From IMG/VR virus record IMGVR_UViG_3300031787_000065, positions 15,387-79,386 of that record: a stretch of 64,000 nt of DNA. One strand, 5' to 3'. The notes under the pieces were generated by a model. That model was not told the DNA's origin and did no database searches. It saw only the letters and a program-made list of their open reading frames with translations. Source of the DNA: a virus. A program made the translations under genes and the position numbers. Below are positions 1-11,200 of the stretch, piece after piece; position 1 is the stretch's first letter; every line of letters begins with the position of its first letter.

Positions 1-482
1 TATTTTTGAATACGAGTGGAGCTGACTTTAATATAAATAAATGCTTTTTGATTAATAAAGAAGATCAACTAAAGTCATCAGACGGTACTTATCACAATGT
101 TTCTACTGGAGAGGCAGATAAAAATATTGGAGACATACATCTAGGCGTATCGGAATTAGCACAAATATATAAGAATTATGACGAAATAGTATTTAGATTT
201 TATGGGTCTATGCTGCCCCAATCCTTGTTTGACGCTATATACTACGGAAATAAAGTCTATTACGATCTAGAAGACGGGGAAACTCAGGGCGTTGTGGAAA
301 GTAAGCTAAAGAAAATATTCAAAGTAGACGATTTAACAAATGTTAAAGAAATCAAGAATATTGTAAAAAATAAACACACATGTTTACACAGAACAAAATC
401 CTTGCTGTCTCAGCTTCCATCACATAACATTATTAATGGGTTAGATCAGATCATAGACTATCAAAAGGGGCTAACAACATGA
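1..482 (+). CDS. Hypothetical, possibly glycosyltransferase (GT-B C-terminal-like) protein; 5' truncated
   Basis: The frame is open to the window edge, so the TTG at 6 is probably not the start. C-terminal HTCLHRTKSLL resembles the HTxxxR end of CgeB/GT1-like proteins. It lies next to a GT2 gene. Confidence 0.4.
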   Translation, partial: FLNTSGADFNINKCFLINKEDQLKSSDGTYHNVSTGEADKNIGDIHLGVSELAQIYKNYDEIVFRFYGSMLPQSLFDAIYYGNKVYYDLEDGETQGVVESKLKKIFKVDDLTNVKEIKNIVKNKHTCLHRTKSLLSQLPSHNIINGLDQIIDYQKGLTT

Positions 483-1249
483 GCGTAACAGTTGTTCTTA
501 GCGGATTTAAAAGACCACACGTTTTAAAACAACAGTTTGAAGCTATCAAGAGGCAAACTGTTGGACAGGTGCCAATCATGTTGTGGGTAAATCTAGTAGA
601 TCAAAATATTAAATTTGATAATGATATACTAAATAGTTGCGAAACTATTATATCTAATTCAGATTATGGTAGCTGGGGTAGATTCTGTATAGCTCTTAAC
701 GCTTCAACGCAGTATATTTGTGTTATAGATGATGACACTATACCGGGAAGTAAATGGCTTGAAAATTGTTTTAATACTATGGAAACTCATCGCGGAGTTT
801 TAAGTACAAGGGGCGTAATAGCTGACAAGATTTATGATTTAGAATATCCAGCACCACGTAGCTATACTCCTATAGGGTGGTGCAATCCAAACGAACAGGT
901 TATGCGTGTAGATATGGGTTGCCACTCATGGTTCTTTGAAAAAGATTGGTTACGAGCTTTCTGGATGGAAATGCCATTAACCGTACCAAAAAGATATGGT
1001 GAAGATACTCATATATCATATGTAGTAAAAAAACACTTTGGGCTAAATACATATGTTCCACCGCACCCAAAAGACGATATAGAAATGTGGGGTTCTATGC
1101 CAGAAACAGCTATAAAGTATGGCGAAGAACCAGTGGCTATTTCTATGGATTATAATGCTAATATTGGAATGAATAAATATTGGAATTTTGTTAGGTCAAA
1201 TGGCTATAACATCATAGCCCACGAAACAAAGTCGGAGAAAACAGAATGA
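479..1249 (+). CDS. Glycosyltransferase family 2 (GT-A fold)
   Basis: N-terminal VTVVLSGFKRP strand, YICVIDDDTIP DxD motif and late GED motif; ATGA overlap with the upstream gene. Confidence 0.8.
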   Translation: MSVTVVLSGFKRPHVLKQQFEAIKRQTVGQVPIMLWVNLVDQNIKFDNDILNSCETIISNSDYGSWGRFCIALNASTQYICVIDDDTIPGSKWLENCFNTMETHRGVLSTRGVIADKIYDLEYPAPRSYTPIGWCNPNEQVMRVDMGCHSWFFEKDWLRAFWMEMPLTVPKRYGEDTHISYVVKKHFGLNTYVPPHPKDDIEMWGSMPETAIKYGEEPVAISMDYNANIGMNKYWNFVRSNGYNIIAHETKSEKTE

Positions 1250-1734
1250 ATATAGGGATATATGTTAATTCTCTTAGCGATGCCAACCTAGAGTATATTT
1301 CTAACTTTATTAACGAGTCTATAGAACATCAATATGCTTCTGATGCTAGCATATTCTTTGATGATGTAGGTTACAATCCTCATAAGGTGCAGTGCGGCAT
1401 ATTTAACGCTGCTGATATTTGGAATTTTCATGGAGTTCTTATTACAACGTCGTTAGATACTCTTTCTAGTGCTAAAAATATAGTAAACAATATTGATTTA
1501 TATTATTATTATGGATATGAAGATATTTCAAAAATAAACCTATTAAATCTAATAGAGAAAACAAAGAATGTCAAAGTAATATGTAACAACGAGACAGACA
1601 GCTTAGAATTCTATAGAAAAACTGGAAAAAAACCATCCGTTATATCTGAATGCTATAAAGGTTTAGCGGCACAACTACAAGGGCACGAAAATGAATACTC
1701 AAAAAATACTACAAATGTATATAGAGCAAAATAA
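1246..1734 (+). CDS. Hypothetical protein, possible glycosyltransferase N-terminal Rossmann-like fragment
   Basis: MNIGIYV start and alpha/beta pattern; translationally coupled to the GT2 gene. Confidence 0.4.
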   Translation: MNIGIYVNSLSDANLEYISNFINESIEHQYASDASIFFDDVGYNPHKVQCGIFNAADIWNFHGVLITTSLDTLSSAKNIVNNIDLYYYYGYEDISKINLLNLIEKTKNVKVICNNETDSLEFYRKTGKKPSVISECYKGLAAQLQGHENEYSKNTTNVYRAK

Positions 1735-2458
1735 AAGCACCTATGAAATAGCAGAACATTTTAAAACTTATCCCAACAAGATTAGAAGAATTCTTATTAA
1801 GCAAGGAATTGAGCTAAAGACTAAAAGCGAGGCTCAGAAAAATGCTATAGATCGCGGTGTGGCCATACATCCAACGAGCGGCAAAACAAGAACAGCAGAA
1901 GAAAAACTTAAGATTAGCTCTAGTCTACAAAAATATTGGGATAATATGTCTGATGAAGACTATGAACAAAAAATTCATCAGTCTAGGGAGCGTTGGCATA
2001 ATATGTCAGCAGTTGAAAGAGCCAATATGATGGAAGCTGCTATAAAAGGTATACAATTAGCTGGTAAAGAGGGTTCTAAATTAGAAAAGTTTTTATACTC
2101 AGAGTTAACCGCCGCTGGATATAAAATAGATTTTCATAAAAAGCAGCTTATCCAGAATGAAAACTTAGAAATCGACATGTACGTTCCCAAGCTCAAGACT
2201 ATAATAGAGATAGACGGGCCATCCCACTTCCTTCCAATATGGGGAGAAGAAAAGCTTCAAAAGCAAATTAAGGCAGATGCCCATAAAACAGGTTTAATTT
2301 TGAGCAAAGGCATGGTAATTATACGTGTTAAAAATATATCAGACGCCCAATCGTTAGCGTCCAAAGAAAAATTGCGTCTTGACATTTTGAATTGTCTTGG
2401 TAAAATAGACAAAAACTTTCCACCACAATCAGAAAGGCTTATTGAGATAGAAATATGA
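1691..2458 (+). CDS. Vsr/DUF559 (EDxHD-like) putative homing endonuclease with N-terminal HTH
   Basis: HTH STYEIAEHFKTYPNKIRR, NUMOD3-like RTAEEKLKISSS, and catalytic-type SKLE..EIDMY..IEIDGPSH. Confidence 0.7.
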   Translation: MNTQKILQMYIEQNKSTYEIAEHFKTYPNKIRRILIKQGIELKTKSEAQKNAIDRGVAIHPTSGKTRTAEEKLKISSSLQKYWDNMSDEDYEQKIHQSRERWHNMSAVERANMMEAAIKGIQLAGKEGSKLEKFLYSELTAAGYKIDFHKKQLIQNENLEIDMYVPKLKTIIEIDGPSHFLPIWGEEKLQKQIKADAHKTGLILSKGMVIIRVKNISDAQSLASKEKLRLDILNCLGKIDKNFPPQSERLIEIEI

Positions 2459-3222
2459 GTACAACAATCGTTGAAACTGAAAACTTGTTTGCAGAAGTTG
2501 AGCTAGCTACGCCAAGCAATACCGATACTAGAACAAAAGATGTGGTGGTGTCTGACGCTCCATCAATGCTATCTGCTGAATGGCACGACTACGCAATGAC
2601 GCTATTCCATCCATCAGAAATGGTAGATGGTCACCCTCTCGTTGCTGGACTGCGAAGAGTATCAGAGGTTGTTTTGGGACCAATCATGTTTAGTGGCCCA
2701 ACGCAAGTGTTTCCAGTACAGAGAGAAGATCATCATGGTAGAGCTACCGTAGTATTTACAGTAGAATTTGCTAATGGAATGAAGTATTCAGAAGTTGCAG
2801 ACTCTTGGGAGGGTAATACTGATGACATGTTTTGTGCATTCGCTGTAGCTATTGCTAGCACAAGAGCAGAAGCCAGAGCGTTAAGAAAAGCTCTCAAGAT
2901 TAAGGGTGTGGCGGCAGAAGAACTAACTAAGAAAGATACCGCCAAGATAGTGCGAGATATCTCTTCTACCAAGACCGCTAGCGAGGGTGAATATAATGAA
3001 CAAAGTCGTATGAGCGATGCTCAGTACAATTTTATTGATGTTAAGTGTAAACAGCTAAATATCAATGGTCAGAAGCTATTTAAGAATTTCAATGTAGATA
3101 GCGGAAAGAAGGTTTCTAAGAAAACGGCAAGTGATATCATTGATGCCCTCAATGACTATCAAAGAGATAAGAGTATGATTCCAAAAGATATTATGGGCTA
3201 TGAACAGGAGTGGCGTAACTAA
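2455..3222 (+). CDS. Rad52/Sak-like single-strand annealing protein
   Basis: AIASTRAEARALRKAL helix typical of Rad52/Erf-class SSAPs, plus a C-terminal MSDAQ..SKKTASDIIDAL domain. Confidence 0.55.
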   Translation: MSTTIVETENLFAEVELATPSNTDTRTKDVVVSDAPSMLSAEWHDYAMTLFHPSEMVDGHPLVAGLRRVSEVVLGPIMFSGPTQVFPVQREDHHGRATVVFTVEFANGMKYSEVADSWEGNTDDMFCAFAVAIASTRAEARALRKALKIKGVAAEELTKKDTAKIVRDISSTKTASEGEYNEQSRMSDAQYNFIDVKCKQLNINGQKLFKNFNVDSGKKVSKKTASDIIDALNDYQRDKSMIPKDIMGYEQEWRN

Positions 3223-3557
3223 TGAAACTAACATATACTACTAAAAACGGCAGAATTAATGTAGAGGTAGAAGGAGAGTCCCAAAAGGATTTGTTTCTAG
3301 AGCTTAGTAAATTTCAAGAAGTGTTTGAAGAAACTAAGTGTGGAAAGTGCGGTTCGGAAGATCTGAGATTCGTAGTTAGGACAGTAGAGGATAATCAGTA
3401 TTACGAGCTACGATGTATGTCTTGTGGTGCTAGATTAGCATTTGGTGTACACAAGAAGGGTGGCGGGTTATTCCCCAAGCGTAAGGATAACGATGGAAAG
3501 TGGTTGCCAGATAATGGATGGGTTAAGTGGAATCCAAAAACAGAGCAATCGGAATAA
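3222..3557 (+). CDS. Zinc-ribbon protein
   Basis: CGKC and CMSC pairs; TAATG-coupled to the SSAP gene. Confidence 0.6.
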   Translation: MKLTYTTKNGRINVEVEGESQKDLFLELSKFQEVFEETKCGKCGSEDLRFVVRTVEDNQYYELRCMSCGARLAFGVHKKGGGLFPKRKDNDGKWLPDNGWVKWNPKTEQSE

Positions 3558-3567
3558 AGGAGAGTTT

Positions 3568-3855
3568 ATGAAGAATTTACTAGGCGTATTCATTCTATTA
3601 CTTGCTAGCGTTTCTTCTAATTGTTACGCTAATAATGTTATATATGTTACGCCACCACAACCAGTTCCAGTTCTACAGGTAATGGTTTATCAAGCTCCAG
3701 CTTATACCGTCATGGTTCCAGTTGTAGTGCAACCAGTACCAGTGGTAGAACAAAGAGTGGTATGGGGATATCCTTATCAACCCATGATAGTTCCAGTGGC
3801 TCAATATGGCCATTGGGGATATGATAGGCGTTGTAGGCTTATCAATCATTATTGA
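3568..3855 (+). CDS. Small secreted Pro/Val/Tyr-rich protein
   Basis: AAGGAG SD before ATG 3568 (the track start at 3442 is too long); Sec-type signal MKNLLGVFILLLASVSSNCYA. Confidence 0.7.
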   Translation: MKNLLGVFILLLASVSSNCYANNVIYVTPPQPVPVLQVMVYQAPAYTVMVPVVVQPVPVVEQRVVWGYPYQPMIVPVAQYGHWGYDRRCRLINHY

Positions 3856-3895
3856 AAAGTTGGGGGTAGCCTAAAAACTACCCCCTTTTTCTTTT
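3855..3895. terminator. Intrinsic terminator between convergent arms, probably bidirectional
   Basis: GGGGGTAG-cctaaaaa-CTACCCCC stem (3862-3885), followed by a T-run and preceded by an A-run. Confidence 0.85.
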
Positions 3896-3898
3896 CTA

Positions 3899-4612
3899 TT
3901 ATAGATATTCTACGGTAAAGTATAGACCGTATTGAGTCTTGCTACCAATGGTAACTGGCTCAGAACTTAGAGCAACGTACCAATCGTGCCTAGCAGCAGT
4001 GTGTAAACTGCCATTATTACTATTATAACCAAGGGCAACGCTAGTATCTTGAGCATTAGTATTCTTACCACTAGCTCCTGGAGAAGATGTTAAGGTCATG
4101 TCTGTCATAGCGTTTACTGGATCAAATTCATACCAAGCATTTTCTATTCTTCCGCGATGGCTCAAATTAGATACCGTTTGTAGTGTAGCTGGGTGTCTAG
4201 ACTCATAAACATATGTGACCACGCCGCTAGCGTGATTATTAATGTTATTTCGGTCAAATATACGAAGCTTACAATTCTGAACTTTTACAGGTTCAGAGTG
4301 AGTGAATCTAATATTTAGAGGGCATAAATAGTTAGGTAATTTATCTAGATCTATAGCACTAGCCCCATTTACACTAACAGTGCCAGCGGTAGATAGGGTT
4401 CCACTAGATACTAAAGCTGTATTATTAAGCCTAGCGCCCTCTGATGTGCCGTTAGCATTAGTAATAAAGGTTGTTGTTTGCTGAGTCCCAACGGGAACTG
4501 AAATACCAAAACCGTTGCCGTAGAATCCTACGCCAGAACCGGCTGAGTGATTAATTAGCTCGCCGTCTCCACTTTGGTCTTTAATATTAGCATAAAATTT
4601 GATTTCAGCCAT
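3899..4612 (-). CDS. Putative virion structural protein
   Basis: Beta-rich, G/S/T/N-rich; last gene of the late arm; has its own GTGTATT motif and GGAG SD. Confidence 0.55.
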   Translation of the reverse strand: MAEIKFYANIKDQSGDGELINHSAGSGVGFYGNGFGISVPVGTQQTTTFITNANGTSEGARLNNTALVSSGTLSTAGTVSVNGASAIDLDKLPNYLCPLNIRFTHSEPVKVQNCKLRIFDRNNINNHASGVVTYVYESRHPATLQTVSNLSHRGRIENAWYEFDPVNAMTDMTLTSSPGASGKNTNAQDTSVALGYNSNNGSLHTAARHDWYVALSSEPVTIGSKTQYGLYFTVEYL

Positions 4613-4646
4613 AGATTTCTCCCTATTTTATATGGTTCTACTAAAT

Positions 4647-4654
4647 AATACACG
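4647..4654 (-). promoter_or_regulatory. Putative late promoter CGTGTATT
   Basis: Copy of the shared GTGTATW motif, 35 bp upstream of ATG 4612. Confidence 0.6.
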
Positions 4655-4658
4655 AAAA

Positions 4659-7600
4659 TTAGCCTGCTCCTATTTCTAAATCAATATATTGGGCAAATCC
4701 TGGGGTAAACGGTGTTTCAAATAATAATGTATGTAATATATCATTATGCATAAAATAAAAGGCGTCATAGGCATTAGAAGTGCCACCCTCAAGAGATAAT
4801 GGTGTGCTTAAAGACCCTTCCGCTGGCTCTTTTCCTAAATTGCTAGGCAAGCTTAATCTGGTAATACCAACCCTTTCTTGCGGTCCAAGATCATGCTCTA
4901 GTTTAGAGTAAACCTTTCCGCTTCTGAAATAGATTAATGCCCCTCGACCAGTGCCGTCCGTGCCTTGTGGCTTAGCTCCGCTGCCAACAAAATCAAATGT
5001 CGTAAAATTTGTTCCACTATTAATTATTTCAAATCCGCCAACTCCTCCAGTGCCAACAGTAGAAGACACTCTAATGGTAGCATTTCTTGGAAAGTTAATA
5101 ATATCTCCAACAACGTATCCAGACCCAGGATTAGCAATAACATAATCTGAACCATTCAATCCTATGTCAGTTTTATAATATTTAAACCCGCCCTTTGTTA
5201 ATAAAGCTCCGCGTCTGATTGGGTTAACTCTCCATTGACTTTGTGACCTTAAAGCTCCTTCTAAAAGACTGCCATTATAGACTCCAGACTCTTTAATGAG
5301 TCTACCAACGGGAACTATGGTATTGTCTTTTGATGCGTCTTTGGCGTGCATAAATGTTGGCACTCTAAAGTCTACACTAGTTGATATTTTATCTACAGAT
5401 CTTTGATAAGACACGTTTATTTTATCTGGAGTCCAAGTTCCAGTATAAACTTTGCCACTGTCAACAATTTCAGATTCTACTTTATATATATTTGAATCAA
5501 TCTCTCCAGAAGGAGGTATAGGATTAAAATGTAAAATAGAAAAATATCTTCCATCATAGACTGTTTGCTCATCTGGCCACTGATCAAAAATTCTAACTTG
5601 CAATGCGGTTGTTCCATAGCTATCGTACTTGTCTTCTCTAAATCTATCTCCCCATTGAGCATTAGCATTTTCTCGTATTGGATTCGCACCAGTACTCCAG
5701 CTTAAAAATGCACCAATAACAGTAACTACTGGACCCTGACCGCCAGCAATGGTTACGTTTGGGGTTAATCCAAAATAGTTTTTAGTCGTTAATGTAATAC
5801 TGCCATTTGCTGGGGCAGTGAATTTGTTTTTGGCAGCTATAATACCAAATAAATTACCTCGCTCAGTACTATTTTCTTTTGGCATAACGTTCGGACCACC
5901 AAGCGGAGCAACCGTTGATTGCTTTACATATGGTCCGAATCTATAAGTAGCTAATATATCCACATTATCATTAGAGATTAGAATACCATTTCTCTTTAAG
6001 TCATTTCTATCGTAAAAATCAAATGGATGAAAATCAATATCATTTTGTAAGTCTGGTTTATAAAGAGCCTTGACATATGCGTTTATTGTATTATCAAACA
6101 GTGTATATTCAGAATTCTCTCTCTTTGGCTTTACGGAAATATTAAATAGCGATGCTTCTAATTGTAGAGGAGAAAATTGAATATAATTTGGTTTGATTGG
6201 AGTAAGCCCATACACATCTTGGGCATCAAGAACATAGTCTCCACTTGTGCCAACGTTTCTCAATAGCCAAGAAAACCTATTTTCAGAAATTAAATAGTTA
6301 TGTAAACAGTCTACAATATTCCCATTATAAACCGGTGGATGTTCTATTGGGCTACCAAAAGCATTCTTTTTTCCGTTTGTAGCAACTTCTGCTGGTAACT
6401 GAAGACCATTTCCATCTGATGAATCGGAAAACATCCAATTGCCAGAATCGGCTAAAGATGATTTAGATGTACTAAATGGAGATATACCATTAAGGCCAAA
6501 AGCATCAAAGAATAGTCTACTGATTCCGATTTTATATTTAGCTAGTTGATCTTTATCAGAATATAGCTTACTAACGCTTAATGCTTTTAATGTTCCAAGC
6601 GATGATTCATTTCGTAATCTAGATAATTGAGATGAAGAATATCCATCTGGAAATACTGGACCCCAAAATAAAGGCAAGCTTTTTTGCATTGGATAATACC
6701 CGTCTTCTTCTGTATTAACCGTGGGGCTTGGAGAATATTTTACATTAGTTCTTCCAATAACATCATAAGTATTTGTTCCTCCAAAATTTTCTGACAATTG
6801 ATCAAATACTGTGCTTTGATAATATGCAGCATTAACATCTATATAGTATGTTGATTTTTCTGGTAAAGACTTGGCTAAAGCATCCTTTTCCGATAAATCG
6901 ACGTACATATTTAATTTAGCTATTACATTTGTGTCGATTCCCGCAGATTTTAAATAAGATGCCCTAGACCAAACCGGTCCAGCAGAATCTCCCTGCCCTT
7001 GAAACATGTTTGTATAGAATAGTAATCTCATTTTAGTTTCGTAGCTGTCTGGAGAAATATTATTTCTATAAGCGTCAAACCCAGTAATAGCGTCACCACT
7101 AACATATCTGGCGTCTTTAAAGAAATTGTCACTATTAACAATATATTTTTGAAAAGACCATTTGCCAATTTTTGTAGCCTTGGTTTTACTAATAGCTCCA
7201 GCGTCAAACCCTTGCAATATCCACTCATTATCTATATGACTACATAGAACAGTATCGCCCTTCTTAAAGCTTCGTCCAGAGCGATTAACTACCATTATTT
7301 TTTCCATTTTTGGATTTGTTCCACTTGGGCAACCAACAAAGTTGGGTCCAAATTGATGAGGATTTCCCGCCTCTACACTTAATGGTAAAGCCATTCCAAT
7401 GGTAAATTTAGAAAAATATAAGGAATTATTTGGGTCGTAAAAGTTTTGAGGAGAACCATTTTGTATGCTATCTGCATTTATTTCTTCTGATGGTGCTGGA
7501 TCAACATCTGTAACTAATTTAGCAAGTATTTGGTGAGTACCAGCTTGCCATTTTCCAAAAGATGGGCTATATCTTAAATCTAAAGGAGCGGCTATAGAAT

Positions 7601-8267
7601 TTTTTGGGTTATTAATTCCTCCTTCGTATGGATTTTGATAAACACCAATAGCTGAATCTTCAGTGCCTCTATAAGAATATTGAGATGTAGAAGATCTTCT
7701 AGGAATATCCACAATGACAGGAGCGCCTTTTTGGGCTATCTGTCTAGAATCATCGCTATTCTCTTTATCTCTTAGAAAAAATCTAACTAATGGATTTCTA
7801 TCAGACCCAAGAACATTATAGCTAGTGTTAAATGTTAAGCATCCAGAAAAACTATTTTGAATATTTTGTGTTACTTCTTTTATATTATTATTTTCTATTT
7901 CGTCGCTAATTCTTCCTAAAATATAGTTTCTGTGCTTAATAATAAAGTCTACCAAATCATTTGCTACAAGGGTGTTCGATTCTGTTTTAAAAATTTCCTG
8001 ACCATTGACCATATCGTATTTTAAAGTTTCTTTATTAAATTTAAGCATATATAAGCTAGTAGTATCTGTACACAGAAGTTTGTTTTTAATAATATAATTG
8101 GGCATCCCATTAAAATAGGCAGAAATTTCTGCGTCAGATGTTCTACCAAAATATCCACTACAACTAAACAGTGTATAATTACCTAATCCTATAGCTGTTA
8201 AAGAAACTTCATCTGAACCAAATAGGTGAAACTCTTTTCTTTTACTGTGAATATTAGAATTAAACAT
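4659..8267 (-). CDS. Tail tip/baseplate-associated structural protein
   Basis: 1202 aa downstream of the TMP; C-terminal IANPGSGY..IINSG beta-repeats common in phage tail proteins. Confidence 0.55.
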   Translation of the reverse strand: MFNSNIHSKRKEFHLFGSDEVSLTAIGLGNYTLFSCSGYFGRTSDAEISAYFNGMPNYIIKNKLLCTDTTSLYMLKFNKETLKYDMVNGQEIFKTESNTLVANDLVDFIIKHRNYILGRISDEIENNNIKEVTQNIQNSFSGCLTFNTSYNVLGSDRNPLVRFFLRDKENSDDSRQIAQKGAPVIVDIPRRSSTSQYSYRGTEDSAIGVYQNPYEGGINNPKNSIAAPLDLRYSPSFGKWQAGTHQILAKLVTDVDPAPSEEINADSIQNGSPQNFYDPNNSLYFSKFTIGMALPLSVEAGNPHQFGPNFVGCPSGTNPKMEKIMVVNRSGRSFKKGDTVLCSHIDNEWILQGFDAGAISKTKATKIGKWSFQKYIVNSDNFFKDARYVSGDAITGFDAYRNNISPDSYETKMRLLFYTNMFQGQGDSAGPVWSRASYLKSAGIDTNVIAKLNMYVDLSEKDALAKSLPEKSTYYIDVNAAYYQSTVFDQLSENFGGTNTYDVIGRTNVKYSPSPTVNTEEDGYYPMQKSLPLFWGPVFPDGYSSSQLSRLRNESSLGTLKALSVSKLYSDKDQLAKYKIGISRLFFDAFGLNGISPFSTSKSSLADSGNWMFSDSSDGNGLQLPAEVATNGKKNAFGSPIEHPPVYNGNIVDCLHNYLISENRFSWLLRNVGTSGDYVLDAQDVYGLTPIKPNYIQFSPLQLEASLFNISVKPKRENSEYTLFDNTINAYVKALYKPDLQNDIDFHPFDFYDRNDLKRNGILISNDNVDILATYRFGPYVKQSTVAPLGGPNVMPKENSTERGNLFGIIAAKNKFTAPANGSITLTTKNYFGLTPNVTIAGGQGPVVTVIGAFLSWSTGANPIRENANAQWGDRFREDKYDSYGTTALQVRIFDQWPDEQTVYDGRYFSILHFNPIPPSGEIDSNIYKVESEIVDSGKVYTGTWTPDKINVSYQRSVDKISTSVDFRVPTFMHAKDASKDNTIVPVGRLIKESGVYNGSLLEGALRSQSQWRVNPIRRGALLTKGGFKYYKTDIGLNGSDYVIANPGSGYVVGDIINFPRNATIRVSSTVGTGGVGGFEIINSGTNFTTFDFVGSGAKPQGTDGTGRGALIYFRSGKVYSKLEHDLGPQERVGITRLSLPSNLGKEPAEGSLSTPLSLEGGTSNAYDAFYFMHNDILHTLLFETPFTPGFAQYIDLEIGAG

Positions 8268-11200
8268 TATACAACCTCATCCTGTGTAAATGGCGTGTCC
8301 TGATTAAAATATAACGATTGTCTAGCTGAAGTATTAGGGTCTGGCTTAAAGGCCATTGAGCTATGAAATGGTTCATTAGAAGCTGGCGCATACATGTCAT
8401 TAACAGACGAAAAAGCCGAATCTTGATATGCTTTTGCTACACCGTCTTCCCCAATATAATTTGAGGCCACATTATTTAAATCTTGATGAGACGTAAAAGA
8501 ACCATCTGAAGAATATGCAGTACTATTAACTTCAGATTCTCTAGATAAAGAATATCCGGTTTGTTCATACGGTTTAACTTGAATAGAAACTCCAGCTATT
8601 GGAGCTTGACCATTAATCATTGAGTTATTAATATTATTATTTATGTCTTGATATTGTTTAACATAATTAGTATTGTTATAATTTTTACCAAGACCCTTTC
8701 TGATTAGGGAATTTTTTTCATCTTTTAGCTTTTGTCTTTCTCTGCTTATTGTCGAAATAGCATCTTGTTTTTGTTTATGAAGCTTCCCGAAGCTAGCAGT
8801 ATAAGAATCTAATTTATACGTTGTTCTTGCTCCAGCTTCAGAAACATCAACCTGAATATTAGTAATGATGGGTCCAGACCTCATAAGTTCTGTACCCAAA
8901 GATAATCCAAGTGGAACAAATGGTATTACAAAACCTCCACGTTCAGAAGAAAGCATAAGGCTATTTGAAAATTGGGCCTGCAAACGGCCAGCGGTATTCA
9001 TTAAATCATATCCACAATAGTTCCACGGTGATAAATTTTCATCTTTAACAAAGTCAACTTTACCGCCTATATTAGAGTATAGTATGGCATCATTGTTTAA
9101 TTGAGATGATATCCAAGGACCGTAACATCTATCTTTAGACATAAATGGTAAAACAACCAGATCTGGATATACTGGAGATGGAACACTATAGTTCATTAAC
9201 TGAGGAACGCCAAATGATATTAAAGAATCATTAGCTTTTTTAGCAGCCAAAAATGCGTGAACACGTACATCTGCGGATATTGATTGATCATCAAATATCT
9301 CTAAGATCTTTTTCTGAGGACTTGGTGTAAAGGATGGTTTATCAAATCCATTCAATCCTTTTACTGTATCCATCGTCATATAATGTTTAAATTTTTCGGC
9401 ATTGGAAGACTGAAATGGTCCGTCACGAAATCTTGCATCTTTTGTGGGAACGACTCTTCCAGGAAGTGTAATCAAGGCATAAACATGGTTTGTGTCTAAT
9501 TTTCCAAGTTGAGTATCTATTAATCTTCCTTGTATTGTTACTCCAGCGATTTGTAGCCCAGAAGACGCATTAAAATCCCAGATATTGACTTTCTGGCCCC
9601 TAGTTGTTCTTGGGTAGAATTGGGCTACGTAATATGAAAAGCTATCAAAATATTCATCTTTACATGGATCATATATTTTTTTAGGCGGTCTAAGAACTTT
9701 GGTTTGTGATACAGTTTGCCCATAAACATGTGTTTCTTGATAAGTGATTTTTGGCGTCATGTATAGTTTTTCATCGACTTGACACTTTACATAAGCAATT
9801 TGTGGAGGCTTAGTAGTTGTAGCCACATTGCCCTGTGGAAAAGAGTAAAAAGTATCTACTCCAGCATTATCTAAATTATTTGATATATCTGGAATCATGC
9901 CTTGAGCGGTGATAATTTGCTGACTGAAATCAGAAGAATTAAAACCCTCAAAAGATAAGTCTTCGCTATGATCAAATCTCACGTAAGGAGAAACGCGATT
10001 ATTATCAGAAATAAAATTAGATAAATCTATTGGTATTAGCTGATTCTGCACCCCTAAAGGTAATGATTTATATCCACTAGCTACCAACTGCTGTATGCTA
10101 GATGCAGATATTAGATTTCTATAAAGATCAAAATCAAAAAATCCACCCTCATTAACTGGCATATAATTAAATTCATATTGATCTATTACAGGATTAAAAT
10201 GAGCATTCAGTTCTCCAACTAAATTATAATTATATGATCCAGAATCTAATAAAAATTCCATCATATGTCTACCGCCGAAGGTGCTAGTTCCTGGAAGGCT
10301 TTTAGCATCCTGTTGCATCTTAGCAATAACCGGTTGGATATTATTAGCATAAAATTCATAACCAATACCAGAAGTAATAGGTCTTGGTTTAAAGCCAAAC
10401 GGTCCATAAGTATATTCCATATTAGTTCGCGCAGATTCTGATGCTCTTGGATTTAATGACTCTGATCCCTTTTGAGTTATAGAGATTTGATTCTCAAAAA
10501 ATGGATTAACAACCTTTGGTAATTTAACTAAGAACTTTTTGCCCAAGCACTCTTCGGCAATGGATTTTACAAAGTCGTATACTTTCATGGCGTTTCTTAG
10601 ATTACGCTTAGCTAACTTAGACATGTCTGGGGAAAAGAATAATGGCTTATAATTTTCCATAGTTTCTTCAATTAAGGATATCATATTATTAACATCGCCC
10701 TCACTGGCTTTTTCTGCTTTGTCTAAAAGGTCTTCTAGCATTTCTAAGTAATCAGCTTCAGCTTTATTTAGCTTTTTACCTACCGCTAGTAAATCTTTTA
10801 ATCTATTTATTTCACTATTTAATATATGTTTAAAATTTGTTTTATCTACTGAGCCTAAAGACGCCATACCAGTTAATAAGCTAGTAAATCTACCCTGTAT
10901 TTCAACAAGACCTCCCTCTGGAATTCCAATTTTAGTCATTCTCTTATAGTACAAAGGGTAACCATAAGGAGGATTACAAGGACTATATGGAAGCCCATCA
11001 GATCCAAACGGTTCTGGGGCATACGTATTAAATACAGATCTTGGAACTGTAACAGCATAATTATTACTAATACTTTCTATCGGTGGGAATCCAGATGGTG
11101 CAACAGCTTGTAAGAGTGCAGCAGAATCGGTGGCATCGCTATCCTCTATAGATTCTAAATAAATATCATTATATAATTGTAAAAATTGTTTCCATCTTTC

